DNA from: Amoebidium appalachense
Lineage: Eukaryota; Protista; Ichthyosporea
Assembly: GCA_963693365.1 (NCBI GenBank)
Contig: CAVNZM010000009.1
Coordinates: 5,648,245-5,712,244, forward strand
DNA: 64,000 bases
Reading direction: 5' to 3'
The notes under the pieces: model-generated
Seen by the model: the letters and a program-made list of their open reading frames with translations, nothing else
The model's database searches: none
What the model was told of the DNA's origin: nothing
Shown: positions 1 through 13,589 of the stretch, piece after piece
How positions within the stretch are numbered: the first letter of the stretch is position 1
Layout: every line of letters starts with the position of its first letter
Program-made: the position numbers and the translations under genes

Positions 1-424
1 CCACGAAAGAAAACATATTAGGGGTGTGGCAAGTTAGCATGAGTCTTTAAAACCGTGTGGTGGACTGACTGACTGTTCTTGCATTTGTTGACTGCATAGT
101 ACGTACATGTTTACTGGTGGCCCAGCCTGATGTGTGGCCACACAGACATCGCGGCCGTGGGAGTACATCAACTTTGTGGACATTGCCGGCAGTCCCCAGG
201 TCCGTAAGGGTGTGATGGTGTGTGTGTATAGCGTGTGATGGTGGGTTCTTTTTGATTTTGTTGTTGTTGTTGTTGTTTGCAGGGGGGGGGGGGGGGGGGG
301 GGGGGGGGGGATGTGCGGTTGAGCTGGGGAGGGGCTAGTCTCCAAGGCTATGTACCCACTGGCTTACGTAAGTGGCTGAGCACTACTACGCCGCGGGACG
401 TCTCCAGCCGGGTCCATGTAATCC

Positions 425-545
425 TGATGGGCAATCGGAACGCTTTATTAAAGTTTATTTTCCTGATGGGCAATAGGAACGCTTCCGTACTTTTGATGGG
501 CAATAGGAACGCTTCCGCAATTTTGTTGTTGGGCAATAGGAACGC
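425..545. repeat. Four direct copies of TGATGGGCAATAGGAACGC with short variable spacers
   Basis: Copies start at 425, 464, 494 and 527 (0-1 mismatch each); spacers are 20, 11 and 14 nt; followed by GGCG-TTAA at 546-553. Resembles transposon subterminal binding-site repeats. Confidence 0.85.
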
Positions 546-2217
546 GGCGTTAAATTATTATTGCGACTTTTAACCAACCATCTGCTGTATATTTAAACTT
601 GTTTGCGCAATCAGACACTTTGTCTAGTGACTGTCGCCTGCGGCAACATACAAGGTATGTTGAGCCGGGCCGCAGGGAGACAGCACTCAAAGTGACTAGG
701 GAGGGGGTGTGGTGTAAGGATGCGGCAGTGCACAATAGCAGCATAATGGGGCATGGATTGGCGGCATGACACTTTGTCCCCGCATGCATGTGGGTTGGCT
801 ACGGAGTTGGCTTGCAGTAGTCCGGCCGTTCGAATTCTGCTGTGTACGTACGGTACACGTTCAACTTTGCCTGGGCGGTCTAACAGTTGGGCTTGCATCG
901 CTTACAGGCATCCATTTGTGCACGTGCATGCATTCATGTCTGCGTACACGTCTAAAAGTGTTTTGTGGTAATCATTGCGGCGCGGCACATCACGTGTACA
1001 CCTGTGCGTTTCTGGTATGACAGGTGCACACGTGTTTCTGACCTGATATGCACGTGTGCACACAACATGCTGCAGCCTGAGGTGGCCGTACAGCCAGGCA
1101 CTATGCTAACCTCAGCTCACAGGACGGTGTGGTCAAGGCGGCACTGTCCAACCTGCACGAGTTTGCCACCCAGGTGCGCATCCTGGGCACATACCCCGCA
1201 TACAGCCCAGGCCAAGGGGTGCCTGGCCTGGCAGGTGGGGGTGCAAGGGTGGTCGGTGGGCCTTATGCCGTGTAGGGGGTGAGGTGTAACTATTGGGCAC
1301 CAGTTGGGTGCATTATTGGAATGAATGGCGTGTCCGTGGGCCTCTACTATCTGAGGGTTATCTGTGGTACATGTATGGAGCAGTTGTGTTGTGCAGTAGC
1401 CAAAATGTGCCGCTTGATTCATGTAGGGTGTGTGCTATGAGCAATGTGGGCCACTGTGACATGGTGTGCAGGCCACACCCCTTGATGCCCATCACTGTAA
1501 AATACAAAGTATTCCCCTGTCGACTGTGTGCCTGGTGTAAGGCAGCCTGCCCTCATCCTGCCACTCCCTTGCTGGTCTCTCCGCAGATCTTGCATTTGCC
1601 CAGCAGCCAGCAATGCGCCTTCTCCCCCCCCCCCCCCCCCCCCCCCCCCCTCCCCACACACCCCACCTACCACCAAACAACATATACATACACAGGGCCT
1701 CTTCCTTTCCCTGCACTCTCGCCTCTCCCTCCCTGCCCACATGAACTCTAACAAGTGCTGGTGTGCATATCCCCCAATACATTCCACTCACCCTATCTCT
1801 CTAAATCCCTCCTACCCCACAGCACCCTAGCCCATGGTTGTGTGCCCGTTCCCAATACCCCCACGTACACACAAACACCTCTTTCCCTCCCCCCACCCAG
1901 CCTACACATTCCATTTATACCACCCCTCCTCCTCTTCCCCGGGCTGGCAGCACTTCAACGCAACCGTGTGTGCCCGCCCCACATACGCATGCCCCCCTTC
2001 CCCCCCCCCCCCCCCTTCTCTCTCTCCACTCAGGGTGCACAGGCACCGTGACCCGTGCTGGACTGCCCATCTCCCCTATGCAGTCTCCACCCCTGCCCTG
2101 CACCCCACCCAGTCCACAGGCCTGGCCCCGTATGCAACGGCACCTGCATACACAGACTTGCACCAGACAGCATGCCCAATTATTGGGGTTCATTCGTTCT
2201 AGGGCGACCGCAGGCGT

Positions 2218-3779
2218 CTAGCCGCGGATGACCTGCCAGACGCGGATCTCGTTGTCTGTGTAGCCGGCATAGAGGGTCTGGCCGTCGGCCGACCAGCACA
2301 GGCTGGTGCAGATGGGCACGGTGTTGCCGCTGCCCTGGGCCTTGAGCTCGTCGACAATGCCCTTGCCCTCCAGGTCCCAGATCACAATCACAGACCCGGC
2401 GGCAGCGCACAGCCAGTAGCGGTTGGGGCTGAAGACCAGGGCGTTGATCTCGTCGCCGGCCACCAGGGTGTACAGGTGCTTGCCGTCCTCGTTCAGGTCC
2501 CACAGCATGGCATGGCCGTCCTTGCCGCCAGATGCGCACAGGGAGCCGTCCGGGGACACGGTGACCGTGTTGAGGTAGCCGGAGTGGCCGATGTGGTTGG
2601 TGCGCAGCTTGCAGTTGGTCAGATTCCACACCTGGAATGAACCACTCAGCACGTGTGCACCACAAAACAGAACACAGTGCCATCACTCTTAACCATTGCA
2701 AACAATATCATATCCTTCTCTCTCTCGCTCTCTCCTCCCGCCAATGTGCAGGATATGTTATGAACTGGACAGGAGGATGCCCAGTTCATAACTATCACAC
2801 CTCCCCTCCCCTCACAAACGTTCAAATGGTATGCATGTGTTGTGCATCGATGTGCTTCTCTTGTGCACGTCTCATACTTATATTGTGCATGCATAATGCT
2901 TGTGTTGTGCCTGTAGTGCGTGTCTTGTGCACACGCAAACCTGTTGTGTCGTGCACATCTGTGTCGTGCACATGTGTTGTTCAAATGTAATGCTTGGGTT
3001 GTGCACCTGTAATGCTTGTATTGTGTGCATGCACACCTATGATGTTGTGTACACATTGTGCTTGTGCTGTGCTCAAATGATGCAAGAGTTGTGCACAGAT
3101 GCATGTGTTGTGCACATGTAGCGCTCTTATTGCCCGCATGTAATGCATGTGTAGCGCACATCTATAACCTGTGCTGCGTACTTATGGTTGTGTTGTGTAC
3201 AATTGCCGATTGTGTTGCATGGGGCATTTGTAACTTTTGTGTTATGCGCGTGCAATACTTGTGATGTGCATGTGCCATACTTGAGGCATGACACATGACA
3301 TACATGTGTCATGCACAAGTAACATCACACACACACATGCCATACTTGTGCTGTGCCCCCGTAGCACTTGTGTTGTGTTGTGTATATTTAAGATTCACAT
3401 CGTGCACATGTAGCATTTGGGTGGCGTTGTGCACTTGTGTTGTGCGTGAACATGCCAAACTAGTGTTGTGCACACGTATGTTTGGTTGTGCAAGTATCAG
3501 GCATATCGCTGGCCAATTCCACGTGCATGTGTTTGTGGACAGAAGAGTGTTGTGGGCATGCGTAAAGGCGCTCGCAGCCCCTTAACACACGTGCACATAC
3601 AATTAAAAAACTGTGCACGCACGCGTGCATCTGCATTGTGCATGATGTGCTTGCAAGTGCACGGGGGGTTAACGGTGTTGTAAGACTGACCACATCGACA
3701 AAACACAGCCCATATTCCCGCAGTATGCCTTCACAAAATGTCCCGCACTCCCCTCCCCTCCAAACGCACACACACGCAT

Positions 3780-3858
<79 letters not shown>

Positions 3859-5529
3859 CCACACACCTTGACCAGCCTGTCCCAACCAGCAGACACGATG
3901 ATGGGGTTGGCGGTGTTGGGGGAGAAGGCCACGTCGGAGACCCACTCGGTGTGGCCCTCGTCGGTGATGGTGTACTTGCACTCACCGAGGGTGTTCCACA
4001 GCTTAATGGTCTTGTCGCGAGACCCAGACACAATCTGGCGGTTGTCGGCCGAGAAGGCCACGCTCAGCACGTCCTTGGTGTGGCCAACAAAGCGGCGGGT
4101 GGTCACGCCGCGGTTGAGATCCCACAGACGGAGGGTGTGGTCCCACGAGCCGGACAGGGCAAACTGGCCGTCGGACGAGATCACAATGTCCGACACGAAG
4201 TGCCCGTGACCGTGCAGGCGCTTCTTGGGCACACCGTAGTTGTCCTGGGCGCCAGACAGCTGCCACACGATGATGGTCTTGTCTGCACCCCTCCTGTCAG
4301 CCCATGCATATCCGTGCCAATGTCAACTACCTGCTCTACCACACCCCCCGATACCATGTCTCAACACTCTCCTGGCTCCCAGACACCAGATCTACACAGC
4401 AGTAACGGAAGCATAGCCCATCTCATGCTTCGGTTACGCACCGGTAGGTCATCGGACGTGTGTATGAACACACCCAGAAAAACATAACTTGGATAACACC
4501 AAACAATAAAATTCTGGCACACCAGAAAGCAGGTGCGGTCAGCCCGTGTCACATGGAATTCCCACGTTTTCGGACACCTTGCACTTCTCATGCATGAAAA
4601 ATTGGGCTGAAACAATCGGCCACAGGCATGCGAGCTGATGGTGGCGGCCAGGTGTTGGTTATTGCTGCTAATAACCCACAGAAGCTGAGACATGTTAAAC
4701 TTTGGCCAAAGCCCAAACCGGCTGCAGGGACCGCCATCTGTGTGTCGGTTCAGAATAAAAAATGTGCGGACGTACTAAATCGACGCAGCCTGAATAAAGT
4801 ATCCGAACCCATGTGTGTTTTTGCTGCTGGGGATGAAGGCAAACATCGGGTCCTGCTCATCGTTCTGACTGGAATGCAGAATTATGTGGAATCTCAGTTG
4901 TCTGGATGGCGGAAAAAAATGAAAGTGGTTCGCCCATACCCTCTCTCCTGCCCAAGCCTGCCGTTCCCACCTGCTCTATTCCTCACACACCCACCACCAT
5001 TGTACCAACGTCGTCAGGCTTCCGTTGCCCAGTACGCTTATGAGATGGTGACCGTTGCCAAGTAGCTCAAAACGACTCTTCGATAATTCCCCTGTATACC
5101 TTACTCCCCGCTAAGGTGATGCATCAGATGTACCGGATTCGCTTGGATACCTGCAGGATACAATCGGGAGCTGAATCTTATGTGGTTGAGTCCCGACAGA
5201 GGGGTCTCCCTCCCACGAACCCGCTATTCCTCCACTAATATATTCTGTCCTAATATACGTGTTATGTAATGACTTTAATATATCCCTAGTCATTTCCCAC
5301 AGTCGATCCGCCTGCTGGGTGCGACGATGGCCGAAGATACCTCTCGGATACGTCCCGTTCCCTGTGTGTCTCTGTACCCGCATCCGTCAGTCATCGTTCG
5401 GCATCTGTTGGGATACTCACCGCGGGAGGCAGACAGGATCATGTCCGGGTACACGGGGGTCGAGGCGATCTGGGTGACCCACCCAGAGTGGCCCTTCAGC
5501 ACGCCGACTTGAACCAAATGCTCAGCCAT
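2218..5529 (-). CDS. RACK1: Receptor for activated C kinase 1 (WD40, Gbeta-like ribosomal protein), 3 exons
   Basis: Exons 5529-5421, 4282-3867, 2631-2218 joined by GT-AG introns give [79 protein letters not shown], a clear RACK1/Asc1 sequence. Confidence 0.98.
3785..3857. repeat. (GA)n microsatellite at the 5' end of RACK1 intron 2
   Basis: Direct observation; similar tracts at 35601-35727 and 40221-40302. Confidence 0.95.
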
Positions 5530-5649
5530 TTTCGGGGGGATTAGTCCACTAGCGTGGAATGGAAAAGGAAAGGGAGGGAGGAAGACGTTCGCTGTTGTGT
5601 ACACTTTCTGTTACCTGTGTGTGTCGGCCACGTTCCAATGTTCAGATCC

Positions 5650-5713
5650 AGCCAATCAGAGCTATCGCTCTTGCGCGCCATTGCAGATCCGCCGATAGAC
5701 TTGGCCAATCAGA
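5650..5713. promoter_or_regulatory. Paired CCAAT boxes upstream of RACK1
   Basis: AGCCAATCAGA (CCAAT 5652-5656) and GGCCAATCAGA (CCAAT 5705-5709) match the NF-Y consensus, 120-180 bp upstream of the ATG. Confidence 0.55.
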
Positions 5714-5968
5714 CGTGTATTATTTATCACCGTCATCTGTTTGCGCAAACGCAAGTACTCTCGCAGCTGAGCACCGTCAATTGCAACCGTGGCTGTCTGC
5801 AGGATCCGGAACACCTCTCACTGAGTCGCAGACTCAAAGAGTCTCAACGGTTGCCGCAAATATGCAAGTCGAATGCGAAGCCTTACTACTGAATGATTAT
5901 TATCGCAACACACCAAGGCCACTAGTACTACTGTACTTTCCAACCAGCAAGTATATACACATGTACTA

Positions 5969-6724
5969 CAGTATGCGTCCACGCATAACATACCGCCCCG
6001 ACAAGGGTCGAGGTCGTTATGTTAAATTTTAATTAGTATCTAAAAAATAGGCTCCCAGAGCCCGTCTCGATTATGTTACCCCCCCCCCCCCCCCCCCCCC
6101 GCCCGCCCGCCCGCCCTCCCGCCCGCCCAGGAGGCCACACTGGGCCTCTCCATCGGGCGGGGAATCCGCAAACCGCTAAATGACATAAATATAGTAGTAA
6201 ACAAATAATAAATTGATCAAGAACCCAAAACACCAACAAATACACCCCCCACACACACCCGGCCGGCCTGTTCTGACTGCCGGAACACACACAGACCCGG
6301 TGTGCCCTGTAAAACCCACCTTTTAGTCCACAAAAACATCGCCACAACGTACGTGCAACAACACATAATGTTAGGCAGCAACCCCCCACCACCACCACCA
6401 CCACACCCCATCATCCACCCATACCCACCGTAAATATTATACACAACACCTAGGCCTTCCCAATACTGTAGATCGACCAATGAGAGCCCTCGGTTAACGT
6501 TTATTGCTAGGTTTTGAATGGAGGGGAGGACTGGAGCCTCCTGCCGGCGTGGCTGGGGTAGTAGCCCTGGGCAACGTGTGTACTTATAGTTAGGTTGTGA
6601 AGGATGGTTTAGCTTACAGTATGCGTCCACGCATAACATACCGCCCCGACAAGGGTCGAGGTCGTTATGTTAAATCTTAATTAGTATCTAAAAATAGGCT
6701 CCCAGAGCCCGTCTCGATTATGTT

Positions 6725-6765
<41 letters not shown>

Positions 6766-7040
6766 CCCGCCCGCCCGCCCGCCCAGGAGGCCACACTGGG
6801 CCTCTCCATCGGGCGGGGGAATCCGCAAACAGCTAAATGACATAAATATAGTAGTAAACAAATAATAAATTGATCAAATGAATGAATAAACAAAGAATAC
6901 TTATACTAGTTCCTTTTTGAGATGGTGAAAAAAAAAAAAAAGGGAAATTCGGAAAAAAAAAAAAAGAAAAAAAAACTTTGAAAAAAAAAAAAAAAAAAAA
7001 AGAAGCTGAAAGCGTGAAAGCCTATGTGTGTGTGTGTGTG

Positions 7041-7103
<63 letters not shown>

Positions 7104-8323
7104 AAATCTAAATCAATACTTGAAAGTCTAGCATTTAGTACATCAAGCCCCCCCCCCCCCCCCCCCCCCCCTCCCCTCCTCCCCAACCCGCTAAATAAGT
7201 AAATATAGAGGAAATCAGTAAGTAATTGATTCAAATAATAATAAAAACATACTAATTTTTTTCAAGGGGACCAAACCAAAAAAGAAACACACACACACAC
7301 ACACACACAAAACAACTCATACAAACAAGGACGTACTAGTCTTTCTGCTCCCTCACACCTTACTCTCACACCTTACGAATTTGGCACCACACACCTACAC
7401 GAGTAAGAGGCAACCCCTCCCCCTTCGCCTCATACAAATCCGTATTCAGGGTTTCATCAAGTTCCAAACCATTACCGTAACTCACACGGAAAAGAAACCC
7501 CCTTTTCTGGGCACCACCCACTATCACCCCACGCAGCCAGCCCACCAAACTAAACCTGCGCAAGATCTCACACCCATGCACCCAAAATCGAACATCGTCT
7601 TCTGCCCAGGCTTACTGGCAGCCTTTTTCAGCGATTCCGCGCGTGTGGGGGCTCTGCGGCTCTCTAAACTCTCCATGTGCGAGCGCAATTGTGCTTTTGC
7701 CGTTTCGGCTTGTGCAATTGCACGTGTGGTTGCGTTGTTGATTGTGTTGTTTGCGTTTACAAAACCCTCAGAAATGATTGCTTGGGCTTCTTGGGTAGTT
7801 TCCTGAAACTTGTCTGTGGCCTCATTTACTGTGTGCAGTGCACTATTCAACGCCCCAAGTGCAGCTGCCTGCACCTGGACTACTGGCTTGGTCATGATCG
7901 GTGGGTTTAATATGCATTCAACCTGCCTATATGACTAGGATGTAAAAACTAGCTATACAAGACTGCTTCGAACTAGTTGGGGCCTTCGTATGTTTCTGCT
8001 CGTTTATCGACATAGTCGGCCACATGAGTCCTTTGCATACCATGCGATGTGCGGCCGCCGCCTATCATTGGCCCTGGCGAGCTTTGGGCGGTCGTTGAAA
8101 TCACGGCGAACCACTGTTTTGTCTGGGAAAGAGATCGAAATACTAAAGATAGGGGGTCTAAACTGACCAGATAAACCCGATTACTCGTCCTACTATGTAT
8201 AGGACCCCTTGGTGCGCTAACATAATCCCGAAAAATGGACCGAGGTCAGTATGTTAAGATTTTTTGAAAATCGGCGTCGACGTTATGTTGTGCGTGGAGT
8301 ATGTTATGCGTGGACGCATACTG
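5969..8323. mobile_element. Non-autonomous Tc1/mariner-superfamily (pogo-like) DNA transposon with duplicated left end
   Basis: 25-bp TIR CAGTATGCGTCCACGCATAACATAC at 5969 and again at 6617, each preceded by TA; exact reverse complement at 8299-8323 followed by TA. Repeated subterminal TATGTTA/TAACATA motifs. No DDE transposase visible. Confidence 0.85.
7524..7895 (-). CDS. Hypothetical helical/coiled-coil protein (possibly a first exon) inside the pogo-like element
   Basis: 123-aa ATG-initiated ORF with protein-like A/Q/E/T-rich composition, unlike the repeat-derived ORFs; may splice to the KRGFLFRVSYGNG.. frame of ORF 7366-7581. Confidence 0.45.
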   Translation of the reverse strand: MTKPVVQVQAAALGALNSALHTVNEATDKFQETTQEAQAIISEGFVNANNTINNATTRAIAQAETAKAQLRSHMESLESRRAPTRAESLKKAASKPGQKTMFDFGCMGVRSCAGLVWWAGCVG

Positions 8324-8889
8324 TACATGACGGCGTAATACTGATATATATCATGATTCATATTTATGTGGCCCAGATGTAGAACTTATTATTATTATTA
8401 TTATTGTTGTTGTTAACGTTTTTGTTTGCTTTTTTTTGGGTGAGTACGTGTATACAGTCTAGCTTTTTTTTTTGTGCGATATCTGCAAACTTTATTTGTT
8501 GCCATCGTGCATCATTGTACATGTACATGCATATGTACATGTGTCTCTAACTAAATCTACTGATCATTCATGACTGAGGCTTTCACCGTGGATTGAAATG
8601 GTGCACGTGGCTTTAATACAAAGGTGCCTATAAACCCGTTAAACTCACACCCGTGTATACACGCTGAATTTGCGAGGAAAATTCGTAAGCTGGTAGCATC
8701 AGACGTAGCACAGCATTACTCAATATTAATTTGGCTAGCCCTTCCGTCATAACCTTTCACCATACGCTGCAGAAAACCATCATCAGCCTTTTTCTCGGCA
8801 CGGGTGCAATCATTTCCGCTGCCCTTCTTTGCTGTCTGCTCCTGCGCACAACCGTGTCCCAGCGTTTAAAACCGGCCACTGCCGCCTTC

Positions 8890-8923
<34 letters not shown>

Positions 8924-9085
8924 TGGCACCCCTCTCTCCTTCCTTTCTCCCTGCCGGCTGGGGCTCTAAGTTCTGAGTTGAAATGATATCGGAGGGTAGT
9001 GGGATAACTTAGTGTTTGTGGGTTAGTTGTCCTGCTGCCATGCCCATGACAGTGTATTTTCGTACGCTACTCCCGGGGGTGGAGG

Positions 9086-9130
<45 letters not shown>

Positions 9131-9824
9131 GGAGCAACTAAAGTAAAGAGAGCCGGGGTTGGAAACATAAGCCTTGAAAAGTCGACCCACTTGCCTGCTA
9201 CATGCATACATGCATGGCCTGTTAAAAACGGGTGCAATGGGCATCTTCATACATGGTTGACTGCTGGTTGGCCAAACTACTAAGGAATGTATGGATTTGC
9301 TTGTACAAATGCCTTCAGTCGGGGTTTTTTTTTTTTTTTTTTTTTTGTAGTGGTGGTGGTGGGGGGGGGGGGGGGGGGGGGGGAGGTTATGACCCAAGTA
9401 AGTGAGTCAAAGCTTTTGCATGTCGTATCATTTGGCCGCTCCCCCCCTGCCTGCACCCCTCTCTCCCCTCTGCGGAAGCTGCCCGGAACTCCACCAGAGC
9501 TCCTCCTCCCCATTGGGGCTGGCGGGCTTGGGCCAGGCAAAGCGGGCAACAGACTACCCCATCCCTCCAGTTATGTTTGCCGTCAAGCCCTAAATTCAAG
9601 CCCTTTGAATTTGAGTCTCTCTCTCTCTCTCCCCATCCCCCCCCCCCTCCCCCCCCCACACACACACACCCTTCGGAGCTCCCTGCCTCCCCTTCTCTCT
9701 CTTTCTCTCTTTCTCCCCCCTTCCCCACCCTCCTTGCCCCCCGTGCCCCTTGCGTTCTTCTACATACTTTGGTCTGCACAAGTCCCAAGCGCCCCCTTCC
9801 CCCCCCCCCCCTCCCCCCCCCCTC

Positions 9825-9857
<33 letters not shown>

Positions 9858-9946
9858 ACCCACCCACCCACCCACCCACCCACCCAACCACCACCCACCA
9901 CCCACCACCACCACCACCACCTGTACACTACATCCTCAGTGTACAG

Positions 9947-10940
9947 GTCATGATGAAGTGGATGATTTGCCAAAACTGTTATGCCGTGCATTAAGGAACT
10001 ATGAATCAAAACATGGTGTGCCCATTAAATGGGGTTTCTTTTATATATCCGAATCGGGTCAAACCCGAATGAGATATCTGTAATATGATTGGCTTTGGGC
10101 GCATCAAACACGATTCGACCCGACCCGAAGACCAAAAAGCGGTGACTACAAATCGGCCGGAAAGCAACCCCCTTTAAAGTTCTCGGAATATGATCATGAG
10201 GATTGCCAGTGCACGTGTGCCTAAAGCATGATGGTGGCCATTCAGTAACCATATGTATATACTTGCAGTATAAATGGCGCAAGTAGCCAACTTCACAGAG
10301 CTTTTATAATTCTTAACTGTTTCCCCCCTCCCCTGCAATCCCCCCCCCCCCCCCCCATCTCTACTCCCCCCTCCCTCCCTCCCCCCCCTCCCCCCCCCCC
10401 TCCCCCCCCCCCCCAAAAAAAAAGAAACGTCAAAGAAAAAGAAAATTTAGGGTGGTGGTGGCTATAGGCCTCGGGGAAGACGGGGAGGGAGAGGGGAATG
10501 AACTGCCTCATTCCTATCAACTCCCCCACACCCACTGACACCGACTTTCCTGAACAGCTCTCACCACTTTTCAAGTCAATATCTATTTCATGATGAAGGA
10601 TATCGATTAAGATGATTCAGGGGGGAGGTCACAAAGTAGAAAATGTTGGGTTTGGGGGGTGGAGAGGGGGGGGCGGGGGTAACAGGGGGAGGGGAAGGGA
10701 AGGGGAGAGAGGGACTGGGAAGGGGGGGGGGGGGGGGGGGGGGGGATAAGGAACCTCGGCCAAATAACTTTGCATATGGAGGCTAGGACCACCACGATGA
10801 TCCACCCCTCAAGCTGGGATCATGATTTCACATCAGATGTCCGATAGCGCAGAATTTTACCGTGGTTACATACTTCAATCCCAATTCGAAACCCCTTATT
10901 ACATATGGTTTGCCTCAAATGTTAGGCACCGACTGCCGTA
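9947..10940 (+). pseudogene. Degenerate coding relic, possibly EnSpm/CACTA-like transposase
   Basis: Interrupted fragments ICQNCYAVH*..CPLNGVSFIYPNRVKPE*DICN, YLFHDEGYR and FETPYYIWFASNV occur in an order reminiscent of EnSpm-type transposase motifs; in-frame stops; family assignment is from memory only. Confidence 0.25.
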
Positions 10941-10968
10941 CCACCACCAACCAACCAACCAACCAACC

Positions 10969-11011
<43 letters not shown>

Positions 11012-11218
11012 AAAACCCCAAGTCATTCGCTTGCAATGAATCCCGCAGTGGTGTTCCTCCCTCAGCCTGTTTTTATCACCAGAAGGGCATGCACACGTGA
11101 GCACCTTTGTGCCACTCCAGAACCATTGGCACACCACCATTGCACCACGATCAGCAAGAATACACATAAACACAACACAAGCACACACAAACGCACACAC
11201 AAACACACAAGCACACAT

Positions 11219-11313
<95 letters not shown>

Positions 11314-12369
11314 CACACCTTCCTACAGAGTCCATATGCATATTTAATCCCTTGCTTGCCCTAGCCCCTTGCTTTAATCCCTTGCTTATTTGCATTTAGA
11401 CAAAAGGGAGAATCCACCTTTGGGTTTTCACATACCGCAGGTCACGTCGTTCCTCAGCTTCGAAGCTAAGCCGGCATTCTTTAATAAGCCAGCCATGGTG
11501 CCCATGATGTTGTGCTTTGCTTATCTGGTACTGTACCACTGCCCGTTGCGGCGCAATGCCAGCCCATGCCTCGAAAGCTTAAGGGGCCCCTTAAGACTTG
11601 ATAGCAGTACGTAACAGTCAGAGACTACCGTAGTGTAGCAAACTTTGCATGTGCAGATCTAGAAACGAATCTAATATATGTAACACAACAATGTTTGAAA
11701 TGAAGAACCCGTGTTTTGCTAAAAGTATAGTAGTTTCACTTTTCAGAATGGTAACGGGGGAGCATACACCGCTGTTGCCTCCACGCACATATACCAGTGA
11801 CTCATGCAATGCTCCTTTACTGGCCACCACACCTGACATGGACATTGCAACACTCTTTGCTATCCACTAGGGGCTTTCACGTCAATGGCATTACATGTGA
11901 CGTTCAATCACCACTGACGTCGACGTACGTGCGTGGTGTTGGTGTACATGTACATGTCCGTGCTAATATCAGTTGTGTCCGGATGATGCGAGCTATCGAG
12001 TGACCCATAATGGATGCTCATATTCCATTTGCTTGGCACACACGTGTACACTTGCCTGGAGTGTCGTGGCTGTATTGGTCGGAACCGGGGAGGGAGTCCC
12101 CGATGGATGGCATGGTTAACGTTTGGGCAGTAATCTCATGCACCCACATGGGCATGCATATATTTGCCATCACACACGTACATGTGCACGCGGCACACAC
12201 TCTGGCTTACAGCTACATACACATGTACATATGCACCGTGTACACATGGGTGCGCGGCACACACAAACACTGCTTGTCCATGGAGTCGTGTATACACGGA
12301 TACATATGCACACATATCCGAGTGGCATGCAGTCACATACACGTTCGTACCGCATGCACAAACAAACAT

Positions 12370-12419
<50 letters not shown>

Positions 12420-12743
12420 GCACGCCCAGGCGCGTGCGCGCTGTGCACACACACATTGGCATATACAGTTGTAACATTTGTTATAGTACATGTACACACT
12501 GGGTGGCACGCCCAGACACTTTGGCTCACATGTATGTGCCTGCACTCCATGTGGTAGGTGCCGTGTCTTTTATTTACTGTTGGTATGCACTTTAACCCCC
12601 CCCCTCTCCATAGTGTTCATATTGCCCACCATGTCATATTCAATGTGACTTAAGAATTACAAGCCAGCAGCCCTTATGCTGCATACACTATTTTGTAAAC
12701 AACGATTAAGCCGAGCAGTCCGGTCTATTTGACAATAGATGAT

Positions 12744-13371
12744 CTAGTATGTCGCAGGCTGGATGGGGTCACTCTTGACCAGCAGATCATTCAGCTGTGG
12801 GGTGCTAGCAATGTGCAGTCCTCTCTCGTTGGCCAGGTGTAGCAGGCACACAAACATCAGCGGCACACTCAGGTTGCTGCCCATGGCCCCTAGACGGGAC
12901 GGCAGGTCCACCACCGCATGCTGTGCACAGTAGTCAGTGCCATGCACGTGCAGCCAGGTGTGCACGTGGAGCAGTGTGCATGCAGTTTAGACGCATGCGT
13001 ATGCATGTCATGTGTGTGGACGCATGCATACATGTGTGAGCGTGCCTGTAATGTGTGTGCCTGCATGCATGGGGTGTGTATGCATGTACTGTATGTATGA
13101 GTGCACGCCTAACTGGGCACATTTACGGTGCATGTGGTGTGCACAGTTAATCAGTGGCTGCATGGTGCTGTGCCTTGACCCACCTGGAAGGACACGGTAG
13201 CCTCCTCCTTGCTGGCTCCCTGCACCTTCCCACCCCATCAGCACCCACCCACCCACCTATGCCACCACTATCATCTAAGGCCCATACCTGGGGGGTATCC
13301 AGGCCCAGACGGTCCCACAGCCCCTGCTTAAGCACCTGCACGTCCACCTGCACACACCGTCAGCCAACTGC

Positions 13372-13405
<34 letters not shown>

Positions 13406-13518
13406 CGCCTGTGCTTGTGCGCCCACCTTCTTTGCCAGCCGGGCAAAGTTGATCTTGGTCTGGCCTACCAGCCGGGGGGCTGCAACAAGGTCTGCTGCCA
13501 TGTCCTCCTCCTCCCCCT

Positions 13519-13589
<71 letters not shown>

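Noticed and set aside
425-545. CRISPR array
   Set aside because: Eukaryotic context, no cas genes, spacers only 11-20 nt, unequal and partly similar to each other.
4283-5420. Intronic C/D snoRNA in RACK1 (as in yeast ASC1 and vertebrate RACK1)
   Set aside because: No canonical RTGATGA/CTGA pair with a recognisable rRNA guide found on the sense strand by eye; an Rfam scan is still worthwhile.
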